The notes under the pieces: generated by a model | What the model saw: the letters and a program-made list of their open reading frames with translations, nothing else | What the model was told of the DNA's origin: nothing | The model's database searches: none | Made by a program: the position numbers and the translations under genes | Assembly (NCBI RefSeq): GCF_006345805.1 | Contig: NC_043006.1 | Location: 86,366,001-86,430,000, forward strand | Length of the DNA stretch: 64,000 nucleotides | DNA from: Octopus sinensis | Taxonomy: Eukaryota | Reading direction: 5' to 3' | Shown here: positions 24,226 through 38,300 of the stretch, piece by piece | Position numbering within the stretch: position 1 is the stretch's first letter | How the letters are laid out: every line of letters begins with the position of its first letter

Positions 24226-24627
24226 TTCAAGAGAATTCCAGAGAAATATCTTTCTAGGAAGGAAGAATAGGTTAAGATGACTTGTATTGGGAATGTAAGG
24301 ATGAGGTGGGGTGGGGAGAACAACTGTAGGGAATACAAAAGTAATATAGAAGGATCAGTTTTACTTGCATTGATGTGGTATACAACTAGCTAATAGTGAT
24401 AGAACAGTGAGAGAGAGGGGGGAGACAGCAGATGTGTTGAGCAGAGTTTGTAGTGTGTTGGTGAGTGACAGATTGGCAATTAGTTTGATGCTTTTGTTGG
24501 CACCGGACACAGTTTAATGTCTGCGACAGGACAGAAGCAGGAGATTCTTCAATTAGCAGGCTGACTGATACCTTATCAACATGGCTAACAGTGATTCTCA
24601 TAATGTACTAAAGAATTAAAGTTACGT

Positions 24628-24683
24628 TTATATACATATACATACATACATGTATAATATATATATATATATATATATGTATG

Positions 24684-24715
<32 letters not shown>

Positions 24716-25166
24716 ATATATATATAGTATGTATATATATATATATATATGTATGATATATATATATATATTATATATGTATGTTATATATATTATATAT
24801 ATATATATATGTATGTATATATGTATATATATATCTATATATGTATGTATATATTATATATATAGATGTATGTATGTATATATATATATTAGATATATGT
24901 AGTATATATATTATAGATATATATATATATATATAATATATAGTTATATATATATATGTAGTATATATATATATATGTATGTATATATATATATATATGT
25001 ATAGTATATATATGTAGTATGCTATAATATATAGATATATGTAGGTATATATATATATATATGTATGTATTATATATATATGTATGAGTATATATATATA
25101 TATATATGTTATATGTATGTATATCTGTATGTATATATATAGTATATATGTATGTATATCTGTATG

Positions 25167-25232
<66 letters not shown>

Positions 25233-25620
25233 ATATATATATGTATGTATATATATATGTATGTATATGTATGTATGTAATATATATGTATAATATATTA
25301 TGTATGTATATATATTATGTATGTATATATATATATGTATATATATAGTATGTATGTATATATATATTATATATATATGTATGTATGTATATATATGATA
25401 TATATATGTATGTATGTATATATATGTATATATATATGTATGTATGTATATATATATGTATATATATAGATGTATATATATATGTATGTATGTATGTATA
25501 TATATATGTATTATATATGTAGTATGTTATATATATATATATCTATGTATATATGTATGTATATCTGTATGTATATATATGTATATATGTATGTATATCT
25601 GTATGTATATTCTATATATC

Positions 25621-25653
<33 letters not shown>

Positions 25654-26279
25654 GATATATGTATGTATGTATATATATATATGTATTATATATATATGTA
25701 TATATATATGTATGTATGTATTATATATGTATATATATATGTATGTATGTATATATATTATATGTATGTATATATATATAGTATATATATATGTGTTGTA
25801 ATATATATATATGTATATATTATGTATGTAGGTATTATATATGTATATATATATTATGTATGTATATTATAGTATTATATTGTATGTATGTATTATATGA
25901 TGTATATATATATGTATGTATATATTATGTATGTATGTATATTATGTCTATACTTATGTATGTTATGTCTATATATATGTTTTATATATATATATGTATG
26001 TATGTATATATATAGGTATGTATGTATATATATATGTATGTAGTATATATATATGTATGTATGTATATATATATGTATAGTATATATTATGTATATAGAT
26101 ATATATATATATCCATGTATATATATATATATATAGATATATGTATGTATTATATATATGTATGTATTATATATATATATATATATATATATGCATGTAT
26201 ATATATATATATATGCATGTATATATATATATATATATATATGCATGTTAGATATATATATATATATATATATATATGC

Positions 26280-26330
<51 letters not shown>

Positions 26331-26429
26331 TGATATATATATATATATATATATATGCATGTATATATATAATATACTATATATATATATATTATATATA
26401 TATATATCTATATATATATATAATGCATG

Positions 26430-26466
<37 letters not shown>

Positions 26467-26958
26467 GCATATATATATATATATATATATATGCATGTAT
26501 ATAATATATGCATGTAATATATATATATGTATGTATATATATATTATATAGATATATATATGTATGTATTATATATATATATATATATGTATGTATATAT
26601 ATTATATGTATGTATATATATTATATATATGCATGTATATATATATATATATGTATGTATATATATATATATATGTATGTATTATATGATATATATATAT
26701 GTATGTATTATATATATATATATATGTATGCGTATATATATATATATATATGTATGTATATATATATATATAGCTGTTATATGTATATATATATATATAT
26801 ATGTATGTATATATAATATATAAGGTATATAATATATATATGATATAATTATATTTATATATATATTATATTATACTTGTATGTATATATTATATATATA
26901 TGTATGTATATATATATATATATGTATGTAATAGATATATATCTATGTATATTATTAT

Positions 26959-26996
<38 letters not shown>

Positions 26997-27205
26997 GATA
27001 TATATATATATGTTGTTATTATATATATATATATGTATGTATATATATATTATATATCTATATGTATGTATATATATATATTATATATTGTTGTATATAT
27101 CTATATATATATATAAATAATGTATATATATATATATTATACTATTATTATGTTATATTCTATATATATATATATATTATATTATATATATATACATACT
27201 ATATA
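24628..27205. repeat. ~2.6-kb (TA)n/(TATG)n mosaic microsatellite
   Basis: Almost pure A/T dinucleotide with irregular interruptions. Confidence 0.97.
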
Positions 27206-27614
27206 TTTGATGTTAACTGGAATGTGATAATTGTCTAAATATTGCATAGTTGTAGTTGTGCTTAATTATGATTAAAGACTCAATGAATTGGCAATATTTC
27301 TATTACTTTGGGTGTAATAAACTATTTTTCATTCTGTCCATTCTGCGATTATGTTGATACCATAGAAATGTTATCGGTTTCACTATAGTGTATGTGTAAA
27401 ATTAACCACCTCATTAACTTAATGTTCTTTAAAGTTTGTATTAAATAGTCATATTTTCAATATTGTATTTGTGTGTGTGTGTATGTAGATTGGTTTAAGT
27501 GTTTACAAATGAGGAAAATGCACTCAATACATAGTCTATATATATTTCGTTAAAAGCTGTTTGTCATTTGAACAATCAAGTGTGAAACTCAATTATGATT
27601 CAAAAAGCTGCACA

Positions 27615-27674
27615 TAATAATAATAATATTAATAATAATAATAATAATAATAATGATGATGATGATGATGATGA

Positions 27675-27743
<69 letters not shown>

Positions 27744-27763
27744 TAATAATAATAATGATAATA
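27615..27763. repeat. Compound (AAT)(GAT)(GAC)(AAT) microsatellite
   Basis: Directly visible. Confidence 0.95.
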
Positions 27764-28287
27764 AATGCCCAGGCAGTGGCTCTCATGGCTTCTGATCTTA
27801 ACTGATTGGAAGTGTTATCATGTACATTGTTTTGTCTTGGTATAAAAGATGGGCTACAGCAAATATTCTATTCAATACCACAGATTTGCTTGTCAGTTGT
27901 TTAACCATAACCAGTTGAGTATGTCCCTTAGTGGCTGACAATATGTGCATCTCTGATCACGAGCAGAAGTAGTGGGGGAGCATCATAGCCATGTATTGAG
28001 AGGGATTCTTTGGGGTTTGAATAATTCACCTTTGGAAACATGGGTGTTTTGTTCAACATCCTTAAACAGCCCTTATTCGGGTTACTCGACCAGAAGAAAA
28101 TTCTAACTGGGCCCCACCTGCAAGGTCATGTGTGGTTTATCTTGATATGGGATCACCATGTCACACACATATGGTTGTGATGCATATGCCTAGTGTACCC
28201 TTATCAGACGGGTAGTTATGATGGGTAAACTGGGCTTCGTATATTTTACTCCAGTGTCAATTTGATGGCATGCACTGCTCTCTCACA
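27764..28287 (+). mobile_element. ~0.52-kb non-coding interspersed element flanked by (AAT)n
   Basis: Highly similar reverse copy at 63011-63568; both are bounded by TAA repeats. Confidence 0.8.
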
Positions 28288-28389
28288 CAATAATAATAAT
28301 AATTATAATAATAATAATAATAGTAATAATAATAATAATAGTAATAATAATAATAATAATAATAATGATGATGATGATCTTAAATTTTG

Positions 28390-28590
28390 GCCTAAAGTCA
28401 GCAATTTCAGGAGAGGGATAAATCGATTACATCAACACCAGTGCTCAGCTGGTTCTTATTTTATTGACTCCGAAAGGATGAAGGGCAAAGTCGACTTTGG
28501 TAGAATTTGAATTCAGAGCATAAAGATGAATGAAATGCTGCTAAGCATTTTTCTTGGTATGCACACAATTCTGCCAGCTCACCACCTTAA
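28390..28590 (-). mobile_element. Family M SINE (diverged)
   Basis: Core AAAGGATGAAGGGCAAAGTCGAC; head at about 28575-28590. Confidence 0.8.
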
Positions 28591-28608
28591 CAACAACAAC
28601 AACAACAA

Positions 28609-28646
<38 letters not shown>

Positions 28647-28674
28647 CAACAACAACAACAACAACAACAACAAC

Positions 28675-28747
<73 letters not shown>
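28590..28747. repeat. (CAA)(CAG)(CAA) microsatellite
   Basis: Directly visible. Confidence 0.95.
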
Positions 28748-28749
28748 AT

Positions 28750-29860
28750 GCTAGGTGGTAAAGTTCAGATGAAGTTGGTAACATTAACCCTAAGCCAAGT
28801 AAAGATAAAAGTAACAAAAGGATATTGTGGAACAAAAATACCTAAGTAGAAGTCACTGGTTTTGATGGGAACCTAGCATCCTGGCTGAAGAACTTGCCTT
28901 ACTTACAAGCAAAAATACCAAGATCACTTAACAATTGACAGGGTTGTCTTAATTGCAAGAAGCAATGTACCCACTCAAGCATGGCATGGGTGGATTTTAA
29001 AAGAGTTTATACGGTACTCCACTTATGGCTATTGAAATGCTAAGCACTATGCATGCGTGGGTCATTGCCAGTTCCACCTGACTGGCTCCCTGTGCCAGTG
29101 ACATGTAAAAAGCACCATCTGAACATGGTCAATGCCAGCCACCCTGCCCCAACTGGCTCCTGTGCCGGTAGCATGTAAAAAGCACCATCCAAATGTGGCC
29201 TATGCCAGTGCCAGCAGACTGGCTCCTCTGCCAGTGACACATAAAAAGCAACCACTAGAGTGGTTGGTGTTAGGAAGGGCATCCAGCTGTAGAAACACTG
29301 CCAGATCAGATTGGAGCTTGGTGCAGTCTCTTGGCTTGCCAGTCCCCAGTCAAACCATCCAACCCATACCAACATGGAAAACGGACGTTAAACGATGATG
29401 ATGATATTATTGGTATATTATGGAGGCTAATGTACCTCAGTAGCAGATAAACTGAAATGCTGGAAAAGAAAATTCTGGGACCTGTCTATGACAAAGGTTT
29501 CAAAAGATTTCTTTTCCTCCTTTTTGCTTTATCATTGATACTGCTGTCAATAAAATTAGAAGAAATAGGGATTGCATACAAATTTGGAAAGGAAACTAGT
29601 TTTTATTCCTGGATTCTTTAAAGCTGCTTGCTGAAAAAAAATCAAATTGTTACTCTTATAAAAATTGTATGCTACTGTTGATGTGATTATGGAATGGAGT
29701 TTGGCATTTTAAAATGTGTGGTAGTTAATTTGAAATAGGAGTAATATGATATATAATGATATCTAACCATCTGGAGAGAGGATTGATGGCCTTAGAAATG
29801 GCTACTATAAATATCTGGGAATCCAAGAATTAGGTAATATTTTAGACAGAAAGATATAAA
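28750..29860 (+). mobile_element. Old R4/Dong-type RT fragment, interrupted by an RTE tail (29050-29400)
   Basis: AWVDFKRVYTVLHLWL, DSLKLLAE, GMEFGILKC and YYKYLGIQEL match motifs of the copy at 57652-60705. Confidence 0.65.
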
Positions 29861-30291
29861 GACATTCGTGACAGACACATATTTAACATGACTAATCTTC
29901 TATTGAAGACCAAACTACATCCCAGAAATTCAATCACATTCATCAATAGTTTGGTTCTGTCTGTGTTACCCTACATTTCAGAAATCTCATCACAGCCATC
30001 ATCAATTAGACCATAGCAGTGCTATGCTACAACTAAAGAGCGAGTTAATGACTTTGAAAGAAATACTGAGTAGTTTATGAGAGTTAAAAATATTGCTTGC
30101 ATGAGCAAATGTTTTACATAACGGAAGGATAGAAACTGAGGAGTAAGTGGCTTTGAAGAGTGTGTTGCCAACAACCATCATCATTGTTTTAACATTTACT
30201 TCTCTAAGCTCACATTGATCACATGGAGTTTTTGAGTGAGATTTCTATGGCCATATATCTTTCATATTGCCAACCCTCACCTGATTCTTAA

Positions 30292-30710
30292 CAGGAGTGG
30301 CTGTTTGGTAAGTAGCTTGCTAACCAACCACATGGTTCCGGGTTCAGTCCCACTGCGTGGCATCTTGGGCAAGTGTCTTCTGCTATAGCCCCGGGCCGAC
30401 CAATGCCTTGTGAGTGGATTTGGTAGACGGAAACTGAAAGAAGCCTGTCGTATATATGTATATATATATAAGTGTGTGTGAATATGTTTGTGTGTCTGTG
30501 TTTGTTCCCCTAGCATTGCTTGACAACCGATGCTGGTGTGTTTACGTCCCTGTCACTTAGCGGTTCGGCAAAAGAGACCGATAGAATAAGTACTGAGCTT
30601 ACAAAGAATAAGTCCCAGGGTCGATTTGCTCGACTAAAGGCGGTGCTCCAGCATGGCCGCAGTCAAATAACTGAAACAAGTAAAAAGAGTAAAAAAAAAA
30701 AAAGAGTAAA
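30292..30710 (+). mobile_element. Family C SINE, full length
   Basis: Same structure as 18125-18541. Confidence 0.92.
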
Positions 30711-30857
30711 GTAATATTTTATTATGGCCAGACAAGCTTTTGCAGCTTATTGAATATAACACTGCTAGTATGACAGTGACACTCTTTATGACTATCACAC
30801 ATTGTTAAGACAGACACAACTACAAACATTCTCTCTCTCTCTCACTCTCTGTCTCTT

Positions 30858-30922
<65 letters not shown>

Positions 30923-31379
30923 CTAGCTTCTTTCAGTTTCTCTCTATCAAAATTCCACTCATAAGCATCCATTACACTCTTGGAGTGGTTGGCGTTAGGA
31001 AGGGCATCCAGCTGTAGAAACTCTGCCAGATCAGATTGGAGTCTGGTTCATCAGACCACAGTCAAATCGTCCAACCCATGCTAGCATGGAAAGCGGATGT
31101 TAAATGATGATGATGATGATGAGGAGGAGGTTTTGGTTGACCTGAGGCTACAGTAGAAGGCATGTTTCCAAGACGCTGTGCAGTGGGACTGAACCCCAAA
31201 CACCATGGCTGGGGAGCAAATGTCTCAATTGTGCAAACCAGATTGGTCAAACTCTGGGACAATGGAATCTTAAATCAGTATCTGGAAAGTAATTAAGAAC
31301 TACTCTTTCAGTATATTGTAGAAAGCAAAAACCTGGTTGAAGAGAGCAAGAACAAATACATGTGCCAGAAAAGTCATAA

Positions 31380-31640
31380 TGGACAAAGTCAACCTGAAAG
31401 TATAATCCTCCATGGCCAGTGTCGCTGCCCTTAATGTGGAGGAGAGAAAAATCAATAAGTATGGGAGCCTGGCTGCTATCAGTTTGTGCTGGCTGCTGCT
31501 GTTCTAAGATCCAATACTACTAATTTCCTCCACAAAATAGGAATAGTAACAACCTGTTGGAGAAATGAGCCTCACAAGGTGGAATCACTACTGCAGTGAG
31601 TGTTGCTGGCCATTCTCCATGGCAACACCATTGTTCTGAG
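31380..31640 (+). mobile_element. Possible CRE-like RLE 3' remnant
   Basis: ERKINKYGSLAA, and LLQ*VLLAILHGNTIVL resembling the CRE LFQR.S.AIQRGNA motif; very degenerate. Confidence 0.3.
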
Positions 31641-32154
31641 ATATGTGGCCCATTGCCTTTCCCCCTCCTTTTTCTTTTTTACTTTTTTAATCATACTTTT
31701 AAAGTGTTTATTAGTAAGGAAAGATCAAATTAGTTTAAGAGATATAAAGAAAAAGAACCCAAAAGAAACTGAACAGTTGTGAGATTGATTGATAAATAGT
31801 CTTGGAATGAGAAACTGAAAGCCTACTACTTGCAGCTTAAAACCATTAATAAAAACTCTGCGAAAAACATATATACAACGGTTTAACCAGAATTGCTAAG
31901 GCCAAGGGCTTCACCAGGCTATATTGTCTGCTCTAGTATGAAAGTGTACTGGGTGATTTTTGTGTGGCACCAGTGCTTTTAATGTGGCACCAACATGAAT
32001 GCTTTTTATGTGGCATGAACATTCACTGCTTGGTAAAACAGTACAGCTTTGAGGTAGATCAGAAATGACATGGACATATATCTAATAGTGTTAGAAATGA
32101 ACATAAAAATATATCAAGAGATTTTAAAATACTAACAAACAGTAAATGAGTACC

Positions 32155-32558
32155 TATTTCTTTATTACCCACAAGGGGCTAAACACAGAGGGGGCAAACA
32201 AGGACAAAGGGATTAAGTCGATTATATTGACCCCAGTGCATAACTGGTACTTATTCAATCGACCCCGAAAGGATGAAAGGCAAAGTCGACCATGGTGGAA
32301 TTTGAACTCAGAACGTAACGGCAGACGAAATACCTATTTCTTTACTACCCACACGGAGCTAAACACAGAGGGGGCAGACAAGGACAGACAAATGGATTAA
32401 GTCGATTATATCGACCCCAGTTCATAACTGGTACTTATTTAATCGACCCTGAAAGGATGAAAGGCAAAGTTGACCTCGGCAGAATTTGAACTCAGAACGC
32501 AGCGGCAGACGAAATACCGCTCAGCATTTTGCCCGGCGTGCAAACGTTTCTGCCAGTC
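32155..32558 (-). mobile_element. Family M SINE head-to-tail dimer
   Basis: Two monomers joined at gaaataggtat/ttcgtctgcc; 10-bp TSD aatgagtacc at 32145-32154 and 32559-32568. Confidence 0.9.
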
Positions 32559-33217
32559 AATGAGTACCATTGACTAAGCAATGTCATAGTAGACAATTAT
32601 AGAAGTAGGTGTGCATTGTAGAAGTAGCCATTGCAGGTATTTACAATATATCAAGGGGCATGAGAAAATTTAGCAGTTGAAGATTTGCTTGAAAATTTCA
32701 AGAATCGGCTTCCGTGCCAGTGGCACATAAAAGAGCACCATTCGAGTGTGATCATTACCAGCGTCACCTTACTGGCACTTGTGCCCGTGCTAGTAGGGTG
32801 CCAAGAGCACTATCCAAGTGTGATCATTGCCAGAGCAACCAACAGGCTTCCGTGCCGGTGGCATGTAAAAGGGCACCATTTGAGCGTGATTGTTACCAAC
32901 ATCGCCTTACTGGCACTTGTGCTGGTTGCATGTGTAAAAAGATTGGAGCGAGGTCATTGCCAGTACCGTGTGATCTCTTGGCACCATTGCTAACAAGTTC
33001 ACAATACACATCAATGAGCTAAATATTATACCGAATGTATAGCACCTTACAAAAATCAGCTTCACTTGGAATTATGAATGGTACTTGTTACTTGATCTCA
33101 TGATTTGATAGAGAACATTTAATATGTAAAGTTAAGTTAAAACCTGAAGCTTTTCAAAGTAGAGATAAAAATAACAATTTATATACATGTGAGTGTGTGT
33201 ATATGTGTATGTGCATG

Positions 33218-33251
<34 letters not shown>

Positions 33252-33518
33252 CAACCACTATATATACATATATATATATCAACCACTATATATACATATA
33301 TATCATCATCATCATCATCATCATCATCATTTAGCGTCCGCTTTCATGCTACCATGGGTTGGATGGGTCAACTGGGGTCTGTGAAGCTGGAAGGCTTCGT
33401 CAGGCCCAGTCAGATCTGGCAGTGTTTCTACGGCTGGATGCCCTTCCTAACGCCAACCACTCCGCGAGTGTAATGGGTGTTTTTTACGTGCCACCTGCAC
33501 AGCGTATATATATATTAT

Positions 33519-33552
<34 letters not shown>

Positions 33553-33631
33553 AACATAATACATAGGGCAATAATAAATTATTATTACCAGTGGCCTAGC
33601 ACAAAAAACGAATTAGTCATTAGACTATATA

Positions 33632-34211
33632 TTATTCATATAGAAATACAATAAGAGGCTTCCAAATAGGAAAGCGTTGTGCAAGAAAGAGCAGTAGAAA
33701 TCTCAGAACCACAAGAAAAAGGATAAATTCTCGAAAGGAATGAAAATTAAAAACGTTTACCATGTCAACTATATCCCAGACCATGGTTTCTAACTATTTC
33801 CAGCAAAAAAATATTCACTGAAGGCCAGTTTTCATCAGTGGGATAGCCTTTAGATTTCAAACATACAGACTGCCAGATCCACATGTAGAACTAACGGGTA
33901 TAATCTGCATCTGTGCAGTGGTTTGAAAAGTTAGGATATACAAACTGTTAGTTCTACATGTGGATCTGGCGGTCTGTATGTTTGAAATCTAAAGGCTATC
34001 CCACTGATGAAAACTGGCCTTCAGTGAATATTTTTTTGCTGAAAATAGTTAGAGACCATGGTCTGGGAAATAGTTGAGATGGTAAATGTTTTTAATTTTC
34101 ATTCCTTTCGAGAATTTATCCTTTTCCTTTTGGGAACTGAGATTTCTACTGCTCTTTCTAGCACAACGCTTTCCTATTTGGAAGCCTCTTATTGTATTTC
34201 TATATGAATAA
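33632..34211. mobile_element. Foldback/MITE-like long inverted repeat
   Basis: Arms 33632-33895 and 33947-34211, about 12 differences by manual comparison, 51-bp spacer, in (TA)-rich flanks. Confidence 0.85.
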
Positions 34212-34332
34212 CATATATATATATATATACACACACCACTACATATATATTAACCACTATATTATATATATATTAACCACTATATATATATTAACCATTA
34301 TATATATATTAACCACTACACCATATGCCCGT

Positions 34333-34435
34333 AGGCATATGGCATAGTAGTTAAGAGTGCAGGCTACAAACCCCAAGATTCCAAGTTCGATTCCAAGCAG
34401 TGACCTGAATTATAACAATAATAATAATAATATCA
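34333..34435 (+). mobile_element. Short tRNA-like SINE with (AAT)n tail
   Basis: A-box-like TGGCATAGTAGTT and B-box GTTCGATTCC, followed by (AAT)n. Confidence 0.6.
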
Positions 34436-34439
34436 TTAG

Positions 34440-34850
34440 GCACAGGAGTGATTGTATAGAAAGTAGCTTGCTTACGAACCACATTGTTCTGGGTTCATTC
34501 CCACTGCATGGCACCTTGGGCAAGTGTCTTGTACTATAGCCTTGGGCTGACCAAAGCCTTGTGAGTGGATTTGGTAGATGGAAACCGAAGGAAGCCCGTC
34601 GTATATATATATATATATGTGTATGTTTGTGTGTGTGTGTGTATGTTTGTGTGTCTGTGTTTGTCCCCCCAACATCGCTTGACAACCGATGGTGGTGTGT
34701 TTACGTCCCTGTAAGTTAGCATTTTGGCAAAAGACACCAATAGAATAAGTACTAGGCTTACAAAGAATAAGTCCTCTGGTCGATTTGCTCGACAAAAAGG
34801 TGGTGCTCCAGCATGGCCACAGTTAAATGACTGAAACAAGTGAAAGAATA
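34440..34850 (+). mobile_element. Family C SINE
   Basis: Same structure as 30292-30710. Confidence 0.9.
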
Positions 34851-35211
34851 TATATATATATATATATATATTAAAATGTGTGTGCATATGTATATATGCA
34901 TATACACACACACATATATAATGTATGTGTGTATATATATATCATTCCTACCTATAATATTTTCACCTCTCTCACTATTATATCCCCACTCATTTGAAAG
35001 GACTTGTCTTTGCTCTCACTGGTACTGATGCCATGAAAAAATAAAAATAAACTCAGTACACTCTGTAAAGTGATTGGCATTAGAAAAGGCATCCAGCTGT
35101 AGTGACCATGATAAAGCAGACACTGGAAATTGGTGCAGTCCTCTGGCACATTGCTTCCTGTTGAAGCATCTAACTCATGCCAGTATAGAAAATGGATATA
35201 TATATATATAT

Positions 35212-35522
35212 GGAGGCGCAATGGCCCTGTGGTTAGGGCAGCGGACTCGTGGTCGGAGGATCGCGGTTTCGATTCCCAGACCAGGCTTTGTGAGTGTTTA
35301 TTGAGCGAAAACACCCAAAGCTCCATGAGGCTCCGGCAGTGGGTGGTGGCGATCCCTGCTATACTCTTTCACCACAACTTTCTCTCACTTTTTCTTCTGT
35401 TGGCCTGCTTGCTTAGCCAGCGGGATGGCGTCATTTGAAGGCTAAAACAATGCAAAGCGCATTGTGACCAGCGATGTGTAGCAACATCTGATAGCCTGGT
35501 CTGTCATGGTGATCACGGTGAT
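35212..35522 (+). mobile_element. tRNA-derived SINE inserted in (TA)n
   Basis: Head GGAGGCGCAATGGCCCTGTGGTTAGG...TTCGATTCC; 3' end shared with 1764-1882. Confidence 0.8.
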
Positions 35523-35529
35523 ATATATG

Positions 35530-35584
<55 letters not shown>

Positions 35585-35598
<14 letters not shown>

Positions 35599-35981
35599 CT
35601 TGTTTCAGTCATTAGACTGAAGCCATACTGGAGCAGTGCCTTGAAGAATTTATGTGGAATGTATTGACTGCAGTACTTATCTTTTAAAGCTTACTACTTA
35701 CTCTATCGGTCTCTTTTGCTGAACTGTTAAATTATGGGGATGTAAACACACCAGCACAGGTCGTCAAGTGGTGAGGAGGTGGGGGAACAAACACACACAC
35801 ACGCATGCATGTGCAAACACATGCACATACACACATACACACCATGGGCAGACACAAGGAGAGGGCCTGAGAGGTACTGTTCTAAATAATGTTATTACAC
35901 CATTTTCTCCTGGAATTGTATTCTTTTCTGACCCAGTGCCCTACCTTGAAGAAACTCCTGGGATTGCACCTGCACACACAC

Positions 35982-36050
<69 letters not shown>

Positions 36051-36210
36051 TATGACAGGTTTCTTTTAGTTTCCATCTACCACATCCACTCACAAGATTT
36101 GGTCAGCTCAGTACTATAGCGGAAGACACTTAGCCAAGGTACTACAAAGTGAAACTGAACCCTGAAACATGTGGTTGGGAAGCAAGCTTCTTACCACATA
36201 CCCACACCTA
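35585..36210 (-). mobile_element. Diverged family C SINE carrying a ~130-bp insert (35842-35972)
   Basis: SINE halves on either side; the insert has imperfect CAGGGGCGGATCCAGG-like ends. Confidence 0.65.
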
Positions 36211-37488
36211 TATATATATAAATATATATATATATATAAATATATATTACTAGGACTAGAATCTTAATGAAGGACAACCATGAGAAAGTAAGTCACATAA
36301 GATTCATGCTGAACAACACACAAATAAACAAGCATAACAAGCATATAATCCCCTCATCAGCTGCCTAACAGGTATCATTGAGATTTCAATACCTATGTAA
36401 TCCATTCAATCTGGTGTTATCAACAACATAAAAATATAATGTTGCCTGGGAATTAATAGACAAGAATTAATAGAGGCCAAACATATGTGCAATATGTTCA
36501 TTATTCCTACACCTGCTTATAGTTAGTTACAAAACATATACAAGCACCAAATCTCAAACATAATTCATGACATAAATAAACCACCAAGCATAAAATTTTT
36601 TTTAATTAAGTAAATAAAACAGAAATTTAATCAAAACTGCTATTGCCAACCTCAGAACTATAGAAATTAAAAACAATAAAATCTTGAAATGTACTTGGGA
36701 ACTAAATATAATGAAGAAAAGTTATTTATAAAATATAGTTGAAAAATATGTTGGCAGCTCATAAAATGGAAAATATACGCACACACATATACATATATTG
36801 TGTGTGTGTGCAATACACACACACACACATATTGTGTGTGTGCAAATGTGCATAAATGTAGATATTTCATTTGTTACTATTTATATATGCATGTACACAC
36901 ACACATATATAATGTATGTGTATATATATATATCATTCCTACCTATCATAGTGATATTACAACCAGTCATTCTGCATTTGGAAAAGCTTGTGAAATGAAA
37001 AAAAACAAACAATTCCTGATTGAAGAACAGGTAAGAGTTGGCAACAGGAAGAGCGTCTGGTCATAAACATACTACCTCAAACAGAATTGATGCCTATTGC
37101 TTCAGTAAGTTATGCTAGCATGGAAAATGGGCATCAAACAATAATAGACAATGCATGAATACCAATGGATGTAACCATTGAAAGTAAGACATGCTTTGGG
37201 CTTAAAAGACCTCTTCAACAAATCATATTCTACTTGGATGGCAAAACTTAAGGTGATATATCCTTCTCTCTCTCGGTAGTCAAATTCTACTACTGTGACC
37301 TCATATATTCAACTATTTTCATTGACTGGCTTATATTTCAAAATGTTTTTAGTGCTGAAAGTCTTTGTAATGGATGCATTTCCTGTTATATATTGTGCAC
37401 ACCTGAAGTATACATATTAAATTATTTCAAATGCCACTATTTCATTTGACTTCATTAATTACAACTTATACATTCACAAACAAACAAA

Positions 37489-37529
<41 letters not shown>

Positions 37530-38039
37530 GGACCCAAAGTTTTCTTATAAAAAATGCATTAAAATAAAATTTTGGTTTAGAGCAAATGACCTACTATCTT
37601 GTCATGATGTCTATATCTTGGTCAACTATAAATTAATGTAATCACTCTCTTCTTAAGCAGAGACAAAAATTGACCCTCTAGTACCAGACAATAAAAGCAA
37701 CAACAAAAAAAAATCCCTGTTGAACCAGAGTATATGTTAGTTGGGTTGGTTTCATTTAGACCATGGTTCACTAAATGGCTTAAACATCGTTATTTTTACA
37801 GCTATAAACACAAAACTAAAGGCTCCTGCTTTTGCTTCTTTCAGAGGTAGAGACAAACAAAATAGCACCTGCCAAAACATATATACATAGGTTTAAGAGG
37901 ATAAGCAATATTCCATCTCATCTCTTTATGAAAATTCAGACATTTTATCTGTATATAAATACAAAATGCTTGCATTACTTCTAGTTCTTCTATCGTTGTT
38001 AATGATCCTTGTCTGGAGATCTACAATTACAGAATCCTC

Positions 38040-38300
38040 GAGCAATAGGTGCCTGGAAAAGGAAATAGCATGCAAGGCCAACATTACAGATTGAATGGAA
38101 TAACAAAAACTTACATTAGATTGATGGAAAACACCTTAAAAGAAAGATATATGAAGCATTTTGCTTCATTCAGAAATATAATCAAAAGGCATACAATATC
38201 TTTATCCAATATGGTATGGACACTTAGAGAGAAGAGAATAACCCCCATATTTACTGGAACATTATAGCTAAGGCCAGCAAATACAGGTAATGGGGCAACA
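38040..38300 (+). mobile_element. Penelope-like GIY-YIG endonuclease fragment
   Basis: TYIRLMENTLKERYMKHFASFR...SLSNMVWTLREK..IYWNIIAKA matches the PLE YIG.TE..FK.RY..H..SF motif. Confidence 0.65.

Noticed and set aside
24628-27240. Many Y/I/M/C-rich ORFs
   Set aside because: They are translations of (TA)n/(TATG)n microsatellite.
27589-28849. Poly-D, N, Q, V, L and C ORFs
   Set aside because: They are triplet microsatellites with no flanking coding signal.
34333-34410. tRNA gene
   Set aside because: A and B boxes are present but there is no acceptor-stem pairing, and an (AAT)n tail follows, so it is a SINE head. The same applies at 35212 and 53828.
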